Source: Pocillopora damicornis (lineage: Eukaryota). Taken from it: 64,000 nt of DNA. A program made the position numbers and the translations under genes. The notes under the pieces were generated by a model that worked only from the letters and a program-made list of their open reading frames with translations, did not search any database and was not told the DNA's origin. Of this stretch, positions 37,413 through 47,251 are shown in pieces. The number at the start of each line of letters is the position of its first letter. Position 1 is the stretch's first letter. Where the stretch lies: positions 1,178,001 to 1,242,000 of the forward strand of contig NW_020846063.1 in NCBI RefSeq assembly GCF_003704095.1, written 5' to 3'.

Positions 37413-38699
37413 CGGCCATTTTTCTTTTGTTTACATTGGGGAGGAGGGGGTTGGGAGCTTGCAGGAAGAAGGATGCTCTCAATATTAACAAAAAGGTGCA
37501 GAGATTGTCGTTAAAGAATGGCCTTACACTTGGGTCATATGATAAGAAGCAAAGTGTTGTAGTTTGGATCTACTGCAGAATATCGTGGTGCCTTGATTGA
37601 TGCTGGGTGTGGAGCAGAATTACATGGAGTTGAAAGTGAAATTTTGCCATGTCTAAACTCAAACAGAATATGAAACAGAATTCTACCCGTTGATTTTGAA
37701 GATGTCAATCTGTCTCTACTGTGCATTTTGAGTTGTAATTATGAATGTTAAAGTGAAAGGAGTCCAGCATGGTCTAACTCCCCTATTTTCAAACTAAAAC
37801 GCCTGTTGAACCTCAAGGGAATGCATTGACCTTGACGAGACATACCCATCTACTTGGGTTCTTGCACTAAGTAAAAACGCGATGTGCATACATAAGGCGG
37901 ATGAACAAGGCAGAATACTTACTAACATTCATTTCTATGTGCAGACGACATAATTACTAATAACTAAACATTTCATATGACCGCAAATCACAACAAGCGA
38001 AACAAATGCTACCAGGCTTTATCAAGTACAGGTCATTTATTTTTTTACCCCAAAATCAAACGCCATTTCATTGTTTTGGTTATCATGATTGATGACATTT
38101 GAGATACCTTAGAAAAATTATCGCCATATCTATGAGACCTACAAATATAATCGTATGTTTCAAGCTTTATACAGTACTTTCTGGATATTTGCATTTTTAG
38201 GCGAGGCAACAAATTTGAACCACCGCGCAAGTCACCTTCCCTTAGAGGCAGTCATCGGCAGTCACTACTATTTATGGAGATTATTCATATAACTGAAAAG
38301 CTCACACTAATTATAGAAATTATTCGTGTTCATTCGGAAACGCGCAATCCAAAAAAATGGGATATAATATAGAAACCATAAAACTAGCGACCCTTTACTA
38401 ACTAAGAGCGTAATCGATTTGTCTGACTTCAATAAAAAACATCGAAACATGCCAAGCTCGAGTCTCTAAGCGAGCGCTTGACTGACTTCGTGTGAACAGC
38501 GGTTTTAAAAAATGCTACCGACGGGAATGCTTAAATTCATTGTGAAGACAAGTTCTAGTATTCGATTCTTCAGTACAATTTTCTTATTTATGATTTAAAG
38601 ATATTTAAGTTAGTTCTTCCTGATAATTATAAAAATTAATTATACGCTTAATTTACCTTTTCGCTAGAAGTAGAAGAACCAAAAATAACAATAACATAA

Positions 38700-39645
38700 C
38701 TACACACGATAAAGAAAGTCATCCTGGCTATTCGCTTCTCTCTTTCGTCGTACATCTGCTCGGCGTTTTATTTCCTTACATACCCTGCACTTCTGCTCAT
38801 TATTCTTTAGTTGTGTTTTGGTGAACTCTTCTCGTGGAAATAGTCTCTTGCAACGAGTACATTTAGTGTCAGCAGGCGGAAAAGAAAGAGTTCCTTCGTC
38901 CGGGATGATGTCGAGTGGAAGCAATGCATTGGTTTCGAAATCGTCGAAAGATCTTGTCGTTTTGTTTCGATACAGATCAACATACTTCTCGGAGGCAACG
39001 CGTAGACGAGCCCCCTCTCTTTCTTCCACATCTTTCATATTCTCGTACAATCGGAACATCGCCATTGTATCTACGATGCAGTACTGAATTAACTTATCAG
39101 GTAGAGGCCTTTTCTCCCACACTTCAGTGTCCCTCTTTAACAATTTACTTCCTTCATCCTTCATCTTAAGCAAATCTTCATCCTTTAGATACAGCTCGAG
39201 GCAGCGACGAAAACCATAAATGCTTTCAACTTCATCTGTTCTCTGGCTTCGAGTTTTATGCTTAGTGCGGGAAAGCTCAAGCTCAAAGGATTTCAAGCAA
39301 CTGAAGATCCAACACTCCCGTTAGCCTGACATTCAACTGATGCCAGAGTGCATCTGAATCTTGCCGACAATCAAACATCAGCTTCGTACATGACTCGTTG
39401 TCCAGGATTTCACGAAGTCCACTTCGGACTGTCGCGCGTTTTCCCAGCTCCAAAACATCAAATATGTAGACTTTCTCCTCAGTAGCAACTGTTATTATAG
39501 TAAGTGTACCTTTTCTGCTGAGATCAACACCTTCACAATCAACCGCTAAGAGTGCGTTATGCTCTATTTTCTGTCTGAGTTCGGATATGGCGACTTTGAG
39601 ACCAGGATCGTTATTAACCAGTTTATAATCATACTTGCTGGCCAT
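38700..39645 (-). pseudogene. EXD1/Egl-like exonuclease with C4 zinc finger (copy 2), split by one frameshift: pseudogene, assembly error or recoded gene
   Basis: 39645-39283 encodes ExoI and ExoII up to DLQLLEIL*. The +1 frame continues FELELSRTKHKTRSQRTDEVESIYGFRRCLELY..YCIVDT..CTRC..CRVC to 38700. The linker is 26 nt shorter than in copy 3, and there are no other disablements. Confidence 0.75.
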
Positions 39646-40516
39646 TCTGTTTGGTTTTACATAAGCAAAGCATTGATTTTTTCCTAAGCTTAATCAACAA
39701 AACTGCCAATTGTGCATTCGTATAAAGTGTTCATTAATATTAATGAGTTCTTGGAACTCCACCTTTGTTTCTCATTGGTCAGCTTTGTCCGGCCTTGTTT
39801 TCTCACTCCACCCCTGCAGCGTTCTGCCAAATGCGTCTTTGATGGGGGTGGGGTAACTAGGTAAAACACGTTCACTACGGTTTAGTGAAGAGACAAATTA
39901 TAAGAAATCAAGAGGTTGACTCTATAGCCCTCGATGTGTTTAATCATACGCCTTAAGAAAAACTTGAGCTGAGGAAAGATACCGAGGGCTCAAACTCATT
40001 CCCTCTTGCAGTAAGTACAATGATCATTGGTGATATTTCTTGGTAAAATGTTCTCCCGTTTTAAAAATGTTCATAAACAGGCCAAACGTTATTAACAGCT
40101 AGTGGGCCGGTTACGTATTTTCAAAGCAAGAATTTGTAGAATCAATAATACACAACGGGCCAGGTCAAGTGCCGCGAGCCCTAAGGAGTCTCTTTTCTCC
40201 TGTGATTTGCTTTCTAACAGCCGTCCTTTTTGGAAGGGATACTTTCCGTCTTTGCTGTCAGGTATGAGCTTTGTTTAAACTAAAAATTCAAATGAGCCGA
40301 TGAAAGGATTGTCTCTGATCCTCTGTCACTCAGAAGCTATCTGTCATATTCAATGGCCATCAGGAGAAGGGAGAGGAGGGAGGAATCACAATCAGCGGAA
40401 ATGAATATTATTTTCTCAGAACTCATGACTCGAGAGGTTCCAAGAAAGCTGTCGTACTCTCCTTTCGCAAGACGGGCTTTCATCAAATCAGGGCAAAAAT
40501 TCAAGTGAAATCAAGA

Positions 40517-41563
40517 ATGGCGTGCAAGATCTCAAGTGATTTCAGACTGATCGACGATGAAGCTGGTCTCGAAGATGCTCTTCATGAGCTTAAACGAGAA
40601 ATTATCGATAACTCTCGCTTTATAGCTGTTGATTGTGAAGGTGTTAACCTGAGCAGGAAGGGAGCGCTCACCATCATAACAGTCGCAACGGAAGATAAAG
40701 TCTACATATTCGATGTTCTCAAACTACAGCAAGCAGTTTTTTCCTTTGGCTTTGGCGAAATCCTGGAAGATAAATCGATTGGGAAGCTGATGTTTGATTG
40801 TCGGGAAGATTCAGACGCCCTGTGGCATCAATTTAACATAAAATTGACGGGAGTGTTGGATCTTCAGCTGCTTGAAATCCTCTACCGCCGTGAGAATGAC
40901 ACAGCTACTCGCCACGAACCTTCTAGCGCAGGGTACACACGTCGGAGCCACAGACCCTACGAAGTAGAGAGCATCTATGGTTTTCGTCGCTGTCTTGAGC
41001 TGTACGTTCAGGATGATGAATTGATCAAGATGAAAAATGAGGGAAAAATTCTTATGAAGAAAGACTATGGAGTTTGGAAAAAAAGACCCTTATCGGATGA
41101 ATTGATGGAATACTGCATCGTGGATACAACGGCGATGTTCAAGTTGTACGAGAAGATGAAAGATGTAAAAGAAAGAGAAGAGGCTCGTCTCCGAGTGGCA
41201 TCTGAGAAATACGCTGATCTCTATCGGCAGAAATCCGTGAGGTCCTTTGATGATTACGATATGAATGCGTTGCTTCCACTCGATATAATCCCAGAGAAAG
41301 GGAAACTTTATTTTCCGCACGCCAATACCGAATGTATCAAATGTTTGCGACGGTTTCCACGAGAGGAATTCAGTAATACGCAGCTAAGAAACGGAGAGCC
41401 GAAATGCAGGGTGTGCAAGGAGATAAAGCTGAAAGAAGACGAAGAGAGGAGCAGAGACATCCGAGACTTTCATAAGTTCCTCCGTTTTGAAGTCTTTTCT
41501 CGATATAGCGACGATGATTTTATCTGTGGCGATAGCGACGACGAATACTCAGTCTACTGGTAA
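40517..41563 (+). CDS. EXD1/Egl-like DEDDy exonuclease with C4 zinc finger and acidic tail (copy 3, 348 aa from ATG 40517, intronless CDS)
   Basis: AVDCEG, FDCREDSDAL, WKKRPL, YCIVDT; CIKC..FPREEFSNTQL..CRVC at 41333-41416; ends DDDFICGDSDDEYSVYW*. The ORF-track start at 40505 is a GTG; the first ATG is 40517. Confidence 0.88.
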   Translation: MACKISSDFRLIDDEAGLEDALHELKREIIDNSRFIAVDCEGVNLSRKGALTIITVATEDKVYIFDVLKLQQAVFSFGFGEILEDKSIGKLMFDCREDSDALWHQFNIKLTGVLDLQLLEILYRRENDTATRHEPSSAGYTRRSHRPYEVESIYGFRRCLELYVQDDELIKMKNEGKILMKKDYGVWKKRPLSDELMEYCIVDTTAMFKLYEKMKDVKEREEARLRVASEKYADLYRQKSVRSFDDYDMNALLPLDIIPEKGKLYFPHANTECIKCLRRFPREEFSNTQLRNGEPKCRVCKEIKLKEDEERSRDIRDFHKFLRFEVFSRYSDDDFICGDSDDEYSVYW

Positions 41564-44269
41564 TGCAGAGAACTCTAGACCCCAGATGAGAATCCAGAAC
41601 CATGTGATTCACTTTAGCGAATTTAAAACTTTGTTCCTGAATTCAAAAGGAGTAACGTTAAACTATTCGTAATTAGTAAGTTATGTCATTTTCGATTGTT
41701 TTACATATCTAACATGTTAGTGCCGCAGTTTCCCGTGATAACCATGGCCTGTATCTACTGATGAATCATGCAAACATAAACGTACTTCATTTAAAGTAAT
41801 TTAGATGTGACACTGAGTCACGGCCATCACAATTACATTACAATCAAATGACTGATATTTCTATGTAGAACAGTGTTAGGATGTGTCAAATGGTCGTCGA
41901 AGGCCCGCACAAAGGATGGTTACCAGTTACAGTTTAGATTGGGCTAGTAGCATAGATTTACCAATTTACTTCTTTAAGTATAATAATAACAAGTATTCTG
42001 TTCTCCAGAATTCTGTGTCAGGAATGACTTAAGCCAAATTTCGTTGACCTGTGGTTGATACAAGTTGGAGAATCCGGTACAGCTTTTGCAACACATATCA
42101 GATTAAGTAATGTCATTTAAACCACGTCAAACTCGTCCTACGATGTTTCCACGCTCAATGCGTGGCAATACGAATGCGAGACTGCAATTTTGCTACTGAA
42201 CACAATAACTGACCTCACAAGACACCCACTTAAATGATTCGATAAAATTAACATTGTTGTAAAGTCTTACTTTTCAAAGTTAACCTTTTCTTTATTATAA
42301 TCACATAACTAACAAGTACTTATTGGACCTCCTTCATTTAACAAGTTTGAAAGCGTTTTTTTTTAAGAATTGAAACTTTGATTCTGCTTTTGACTTAAGT
42401 GGTACGATTTGAAGTAAAATTAAGGTACGAGGTTCAGGAGTTGTTCAGTATTTGCACAGAATCATGTAACTTTAGGATTTGTCAAAATAAAACTTCAGAA
42501 AATAACTTAATCTTAGTTTTCTTTTTTCTTTTAAATTAGAAGCGTTTAAATAGATCTCCAAACTTTGTGGGGTAATTGTATAGATAAGGACAGTATCTCT
42601 CCCTTTTCGTTATACACAGCGTTATGTGTAATTAAACCGAAATATGGCTTGAGCTCCGACGAATCATGTACGGAATGGCACTATATAAAACCACCCCTAA
42701 AGTTAAGAAGCCTGCAGTGCAGGCGACTTATTAGAGCGAGCTAACATTATAAGCTCGCGATTGTTTATCCAACCGGCCATATTTGATTTCGAGTTAGAGT
42801 GGACGGTGGGGGTAGAGGGTGGGGAAAGGGCGAGAAGAAATGAGCAGATAACCAATCAAAATGAGTTAAATTAAAAACCGGAAGCACTGTCTTCTGACAA
42901 AAACAAACATACGTAGAGCCAATAAGTGAAACGGTGAGGCAGTTTTTTTTTTCAGCCTGAAAAGAAATGGCATCGACAAAACCTCCTCCGCGGTCACAAA
43001 TATGAGCTGATTTTTGCTGCACTCTAGATTTTCTGAACGAAAATCCTTGAGTATGACTGCCATTAATCTATTTGACAATTTTTTTTTTCCATTTGATCGT
43101 AAACGATACTTGGAAGTAACAAACAACTGCACTCGAAGGTTTACCCGCCATAATTTATTTGATGCAAACCGGAAAACTCTGGTGAAACGGTGTGGGTATT
43201 TTTTTCATCAACGAAAAAAATGGCTTCACCAAAATGTTCTCTGCTGAGGCAAATACGAGTTGATATTTGCCGCATTCTATATCCTCCAAATGACAACCCG
43301 TGAGCGTAGCTACAGTTAATCCGATCGAAGATGTTCATTCCATTATGATCTCTAACTATACGATGAAGCGAACAAACGACAACTACGCTCGAAGGTTTAC
43401 CGTCATTATTTCTTTCATAAATACCAACCCTGAAATATCAGGCTTTTCCAAAAGCTAGTTGGCAACATGGTCAGTAAATCCTTTCNNNNNNNNNNNNNNN
43501 NNNNNNNNNNNNNNNNNNNNNNNNNNNNNNNNNNNNNNNNNNNNNNNNNNNNNNNNNNNNNNNNNNNNNNNNNNNNNNNNNNNNNNNNNNNNNNNNNNNN
43601 NNNNNNNNNNNNNNNNNNNNNNNNNNNNNNNNNNNNNNNNNNNNNNNNNNNNNNNNNNNNNNNNNNNNNNNNNNNNNNNNNNNNNNNNNNNNNNNNNNNN
43701 NNNNNNNNNNNNNNNNNNNNNNNNNNNNNNNNNNNNNNNNNNNNNNNNNNNNNNNNNNNNNNNNNNNNNNNNNNNNNNNNNNNNNNNNNCCCGCTCTGCG
43801 GGCTAAAATTTAAGGTGAAGGTAAGGTTGGAGTATTGTGTGAAAAAGCAAGAGCTGGGCAGTAATAAGTATTTTCCTGTTTAAGTGAGGCTGTTCTTGTA
43901 AGTTATTGGAAAAACAGTTATTTGTAGTCATTCAGTGTTACTAACTGCTTTATTTACTTGTTATTCACAGAACAAGTTCTTCCACTCAAATCACATTCTA
44001 CCTAAAGGGTTGTCCTTATTTTTCACGCTCTACGTCCTCTTTTCTTGACAACACGTCATACTATGTGCGTTAACTTAGGTAAACAAAACATGTCAGGCCT
44101 TCCCTTGTGCCTTGATTAAGTATTACTCCTTTACGGTATAATTGCCTCAAGACTTAACAATTTGATAAACTTTGCCAAAAGTAACAATAGCTTTCTCTTA
44201 AAATAAATTTTTGAGAACTGCTCTCATAATACTGGGGTAACAGTTCCTGATTCCTGAGGGTTCCTGCTC

Positions 44270-46801
44270 TCATTCATACTGGTATTCTTCAATCCTTTTT
44301 AGTTGCCGAGTCCTTGAGCGTTTAGCATTCTCAGCCGCTACTGCACGTGCGCTACTTGTGGTGAAAAAATCCCCTGGTTTGGATGCATTGCTCACCGGAG
44401 CATCAGGGAGTGGGGATGACTGTCCTTCAGCGACGACAAGGCGTACTTCATCCACTCTCTGGGAAACCGTATTCTTAATGACGGGTGTGAGTTGTAATAG
44501 GGTCAGATAACCAGTGATCTGTGCCAGTCGCATCACGGATACAGAGTCATCAGCGGTTCTCAAGTGTTCCACAGACTCTACAAACAGACGGCGCCGCATG
44601 CGTTCCGATGCCAAGGGACAGATGTTATCGATAGCTTCAGCATATTCAATATCGGTCATAAACCCAGGCCTCCTTCCTGGTTGTTGCAGCAGTTTAACTT
44701 CCATTTCTTGAAAGCGAGGTTCTCTGTACTTCAGAATGATGTACAGGAAATACTCGGACACCAGTTCTTTAGAAATCTTGTTTTCGCTGAAGGAGGTGTA
44801 GCCCATTGAGAACTGCTCAATGTCTTCCTCATTCATGAAGGGATAAACAACTTGAGCAAAAATCCTGATGTCTTTGACGGCCAACCACTCAACCAGATCG
44901 ATAAACTCATTTATCAAAAGGATGTAACGAACCACAACTGGGTCCAAGCTGCCACACATCGCCTGAGCAAACAACTGAATGTTCTTGTTGCCCGAGGCAA
45001 ACTTGATCACACTTGTGAAGAAATCAAACACAGCTAGAAATGTGACATCTGGAACAAGATATCGTTCGTGGAAGAAAGAGTACAGCGTATCCACAACTGA
45101 AACAATTTGTTCATCTTCCACTGCGTAATCATCCTGCCAGATAAGTGAAGAGTAAAACTGCTCAATGATGGACGATACACGATCCTGAGAAAGAGCCCTT
45201 GGTATCTGTCTTCTAATTGATGTCCTTGAGTAGTAATCATCCCAGAGGAACTTGTATGTCGTGGTCAGGTGTTGTTGTTCTTTCAAGATGGACTCTTCTC
45301 CGTAAGTTACAGTGCTGTTTGAAATCGCCGACATCGCTCGGACGCTCTCGGGAGTTTCGGTTACAAGAACAGGAGGTTTTTCCTCACGTGATATGTGCAC
45401 TGTTGGCCTGATGATCTTTATGTGGGTACAGTTATGAGGCAATGAAACAACCTTGTGATCTGTAACTTTGTGAGGACAGAGTAGAGTTGTCTCACCACAA
45501 CTTGCACAAAACTTGGCATCTTTAAACTCGTGATAGTTCTTTCCCTGGTTGCAGGAGTAGTACATCATTGCTGAGTACTTGCTCAGGATTCTTTCGTGTG
45601 AAATAAATGGATCTTGATTATGTGCACTGTTCATGATCTTCACAAAGTCAATCTCGTCATCGTCTTCAGGTGTATCTGGTTTCCTTTCCTTTTCTCCTTC
45701 CATGAAAAACATGCTTTTCTTTCTCTCTTTCTTTTCGTTGGTTTCTCTTTCTATCCTCTTAGCTTCCTCCTCAAGTTCGGCCAACTGATCTTCAAGACTA
45801 GACCTTTGAATCTCAATGAGCTGAAATTCGTTTTCAATATCAGCAATACTCTTTTTAAATCTTTCCTTGACTTTGTGCAGCTCCTCTTCCAGTTTCACTC
45901 TCATTTCGTGTTCATCATCTGGTGTTGCACGAAAGTTACTTCCACTGCTCTTCAAGTCAACTTCTTCTGTTGGCAAAGCCTTATTCTCCTCCAAGAAGAG
46001 TTCATATTCCTCAATAACTAAATTCTGCATGGTAAGGAGTTGCTCTTCCAGAAGCTTAGCATTAGATATTTCTTGAATGAGTTGAGCTCTCCTTGTTAGA
46101 ACAGCTGGTTTTTGAGGCTTATTATCGAACACTGTTGAATCATTAAATGCTTCTTCAAGGGCGTCATAACCTTCTTTAAACTTTTCAAGGAATTTGTTCC
46201 TTTCCTTAGCTTGAGTGAGATCCTCTTTAAGACCTGAAATGCGTTTTTCGTAACGGTCTTTAGCCGCTTGTTGCATCATCTGTTCATATTGGACGCTTGT
46301 TTCAAGTTTCCTCTGCTCGAGATTCTGGTTTTCCATTTCGATTTCCATGTTGTAAATCTTATCACTGCACTCTTTAAGTGATTTTTTAAGTTGCTCGATG
46401 GTTTTATTAGCCTCTTCCAATTGTTGATCTTTCTCAGCAAGTTTGTTTTCTAATGCATTAATGGCTTCTTTTAGCTGGTCTGCGTTTTTATCGCGTTCCT
46501 CAAAAACTCGATTAACAAGTACGAAATAAGGAATGCGTTGAATATAAGTCGTCTTGCTTTTCCCTTTTTTAGGTGTTGCTGTAGTGTATTCATTGCTATA
46601 CACAGCTTCGTATAGTTCATCCCGAAGCATCTTCAAAACTTTCTTATAAACTCCCAACTCTGGAATTAGTTCATCATAGACATGAAAACATGTTGTCATC
46701 CGTTCTTCGGAAAGTCCTTTCTTTGGCGTATCTTCGACAAGAAGGACTTCATACCTCGTGGCAGGTGACCTAGATGATAAAGCTCTTCTTTCAAAATCCA
46801 T
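44270..46801 (-). CDS. Intronless 843-aa coiled-coil protein, possibly TSNAXIP1-like / cilia-associated
   Basis: 2.5-kb open frame with long heptad regions. N-terminal CFHVYDELIPELGVYKKVLKMLRDELY and later LYSFFHERY..IQLFAQAMCGSLD segments resemble TSNAXIP1-family patterns as I recall them (unverified). CASCGETTLLCPH motif at 45508-45470. Confidence 0.8.
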   Translation of the reverse strand: MDFERRALSSRSPATRYEVLLVEDTPKKGLSEERMTTCFHVYDELIPELGVYKKVLKMLRDELYEAVYSNEYTTATPKKGKSKTTYIQRIPYFVLVNRVFEERDKNADQLKEAINALENKLAEKDQQLEEANKTIEQLKKSLKECSDKIYNMEIEMENQNLEQRKLETSVQYEQMMQQAAKDRYEKRISGLKEDLTQAKERNKFLEKFKEGYDALEEAFNDSTVFDNKPQKPAVLTRRAQLIQEISNAKLLEEQLLTMQNLVIEEYELFLEENKALPTEEVDLKSSGSNFRATPDDEHEMRVKLEEELHKVKERFKKSIADIENEFQLIEIQRSSLEDQLAELEEEAKRIERETNEKKERKKSMFFMEGEKERKPDTPEDDDEIDFVKIMNSAHNQDPFISHERILSKYSAMMYYSCNQGKNYHEFKDAKFCASCGETTLLCPHKVTDHKVVSLPHNCTHIKIIRPTVHISREEKPPVLVTETPESVRAMSAISNSTVTYGEESILKEQQHLTTTYKFLWDDYYSRTSIRRQIPRALSQDRVSSIIEQFYSSLIWQDDYAVEDEQIVSVVDTLYSFFHERYLVPDVTFLAVFDFFTSVIKFASGNKNIQLFAQAMCGSLDPVVVRYILLINEFIDLVEWLAVKDIRIFAQVVYPFMNEEDIEQFSMGYTSFSENKISKELVSEYFLYIILKYREPRFQEMEVKLLQQPGRRPGFMTDIEYAEAIDNICPLASERMRRRLFVESVEHLRTADDSVSVMRLAQITGYLTLLQLTPVIKNTVSQRVDEVRLVVAEGQSSPLPDAPVSNASKPGDFFTTSSARAVAAENAKRSRTRQLKRIEEYQYE

Positions 46802-46859
46802 AATATGCGTGAAATAGCTTGAAGATTCTCACAAAATACTACACTGTTAACATTGTAAT

Positions 46860-46975
46860 CTAACCGCCATGTTTGTTTTCCTGTTGCTATAAACGAAAAT
46901 TCTGGTAGTCTGGAATCTAGTGTATCGCTGACCGTCTAAAGATTATGAACGCCGGCTCATTCTTCCTCTTCGGGT
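46860..46975. promoter_or_regulatory. Bidirectional promoter: X-box-like site on the 843-aa gene side, TCT/5'TOP pyrimidine tract on the RPL35A side
   Basis: GTTGCTATAAAC at 46883-46894; CCGCCATGTT at 46864-46873; TTCTTCCTCTTC at 46960-46971, followed by a GTGAGT donor at 47002. Confidence 0.55.
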
Positions 46976-47251
46976 CGACATCTCGGCTTCTGAGTGACTG
47001 AGTGAGTGGAGATTGAAATCTTCTTCCATCGTCGTACATTTTCAGTTATTTCCTATTTTTACGCAACTGAAACTTATTTTATATACTACTTCCATTCTCT
47101 GTCTGTTTAAGTTTAGAAAAAAATGCATATCACTTGATGTTTTGTTTCTTCGTATGTAGACTAGTATGGCTGCCTTATTTTCGAATGATGATTATTTTCC
47201 TTGACGTTAACTGTTTTGATCGGTTTATTTCAGGTAACTAGAAGATTTAAA

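Noticed and set aside
36085-41563. Assigning the symbol EXD1, or calling the cluster prokaryotic contamination or a defence island
   Set aside because: There is no N-terminal Lsm-like region as in vertebrate EXD1, and orthology is untested. The genes are embedded contiguously among spliced animal genes with no operon features.
43118-43410. Imperfect direct repeat of about 35 bp (acaac..ctcgaaggtttacc) about 260 bp apart
   Set aside because: Only two copies, next to a gap; probably a repeat remnant with no interpretable structure.
43459-43883. ORF-track entries made of X residues (also 55302-55749 and 61442-61705)
   Set aside because: Artefacts of assembly N-gaps.
44514-46076. Several plus-strand ORFs overlapping the 843-aa gene, and similar ones over the exonuclease genes
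   Set aside because: Antisense or alternative-frame shadows of real coding sequence.
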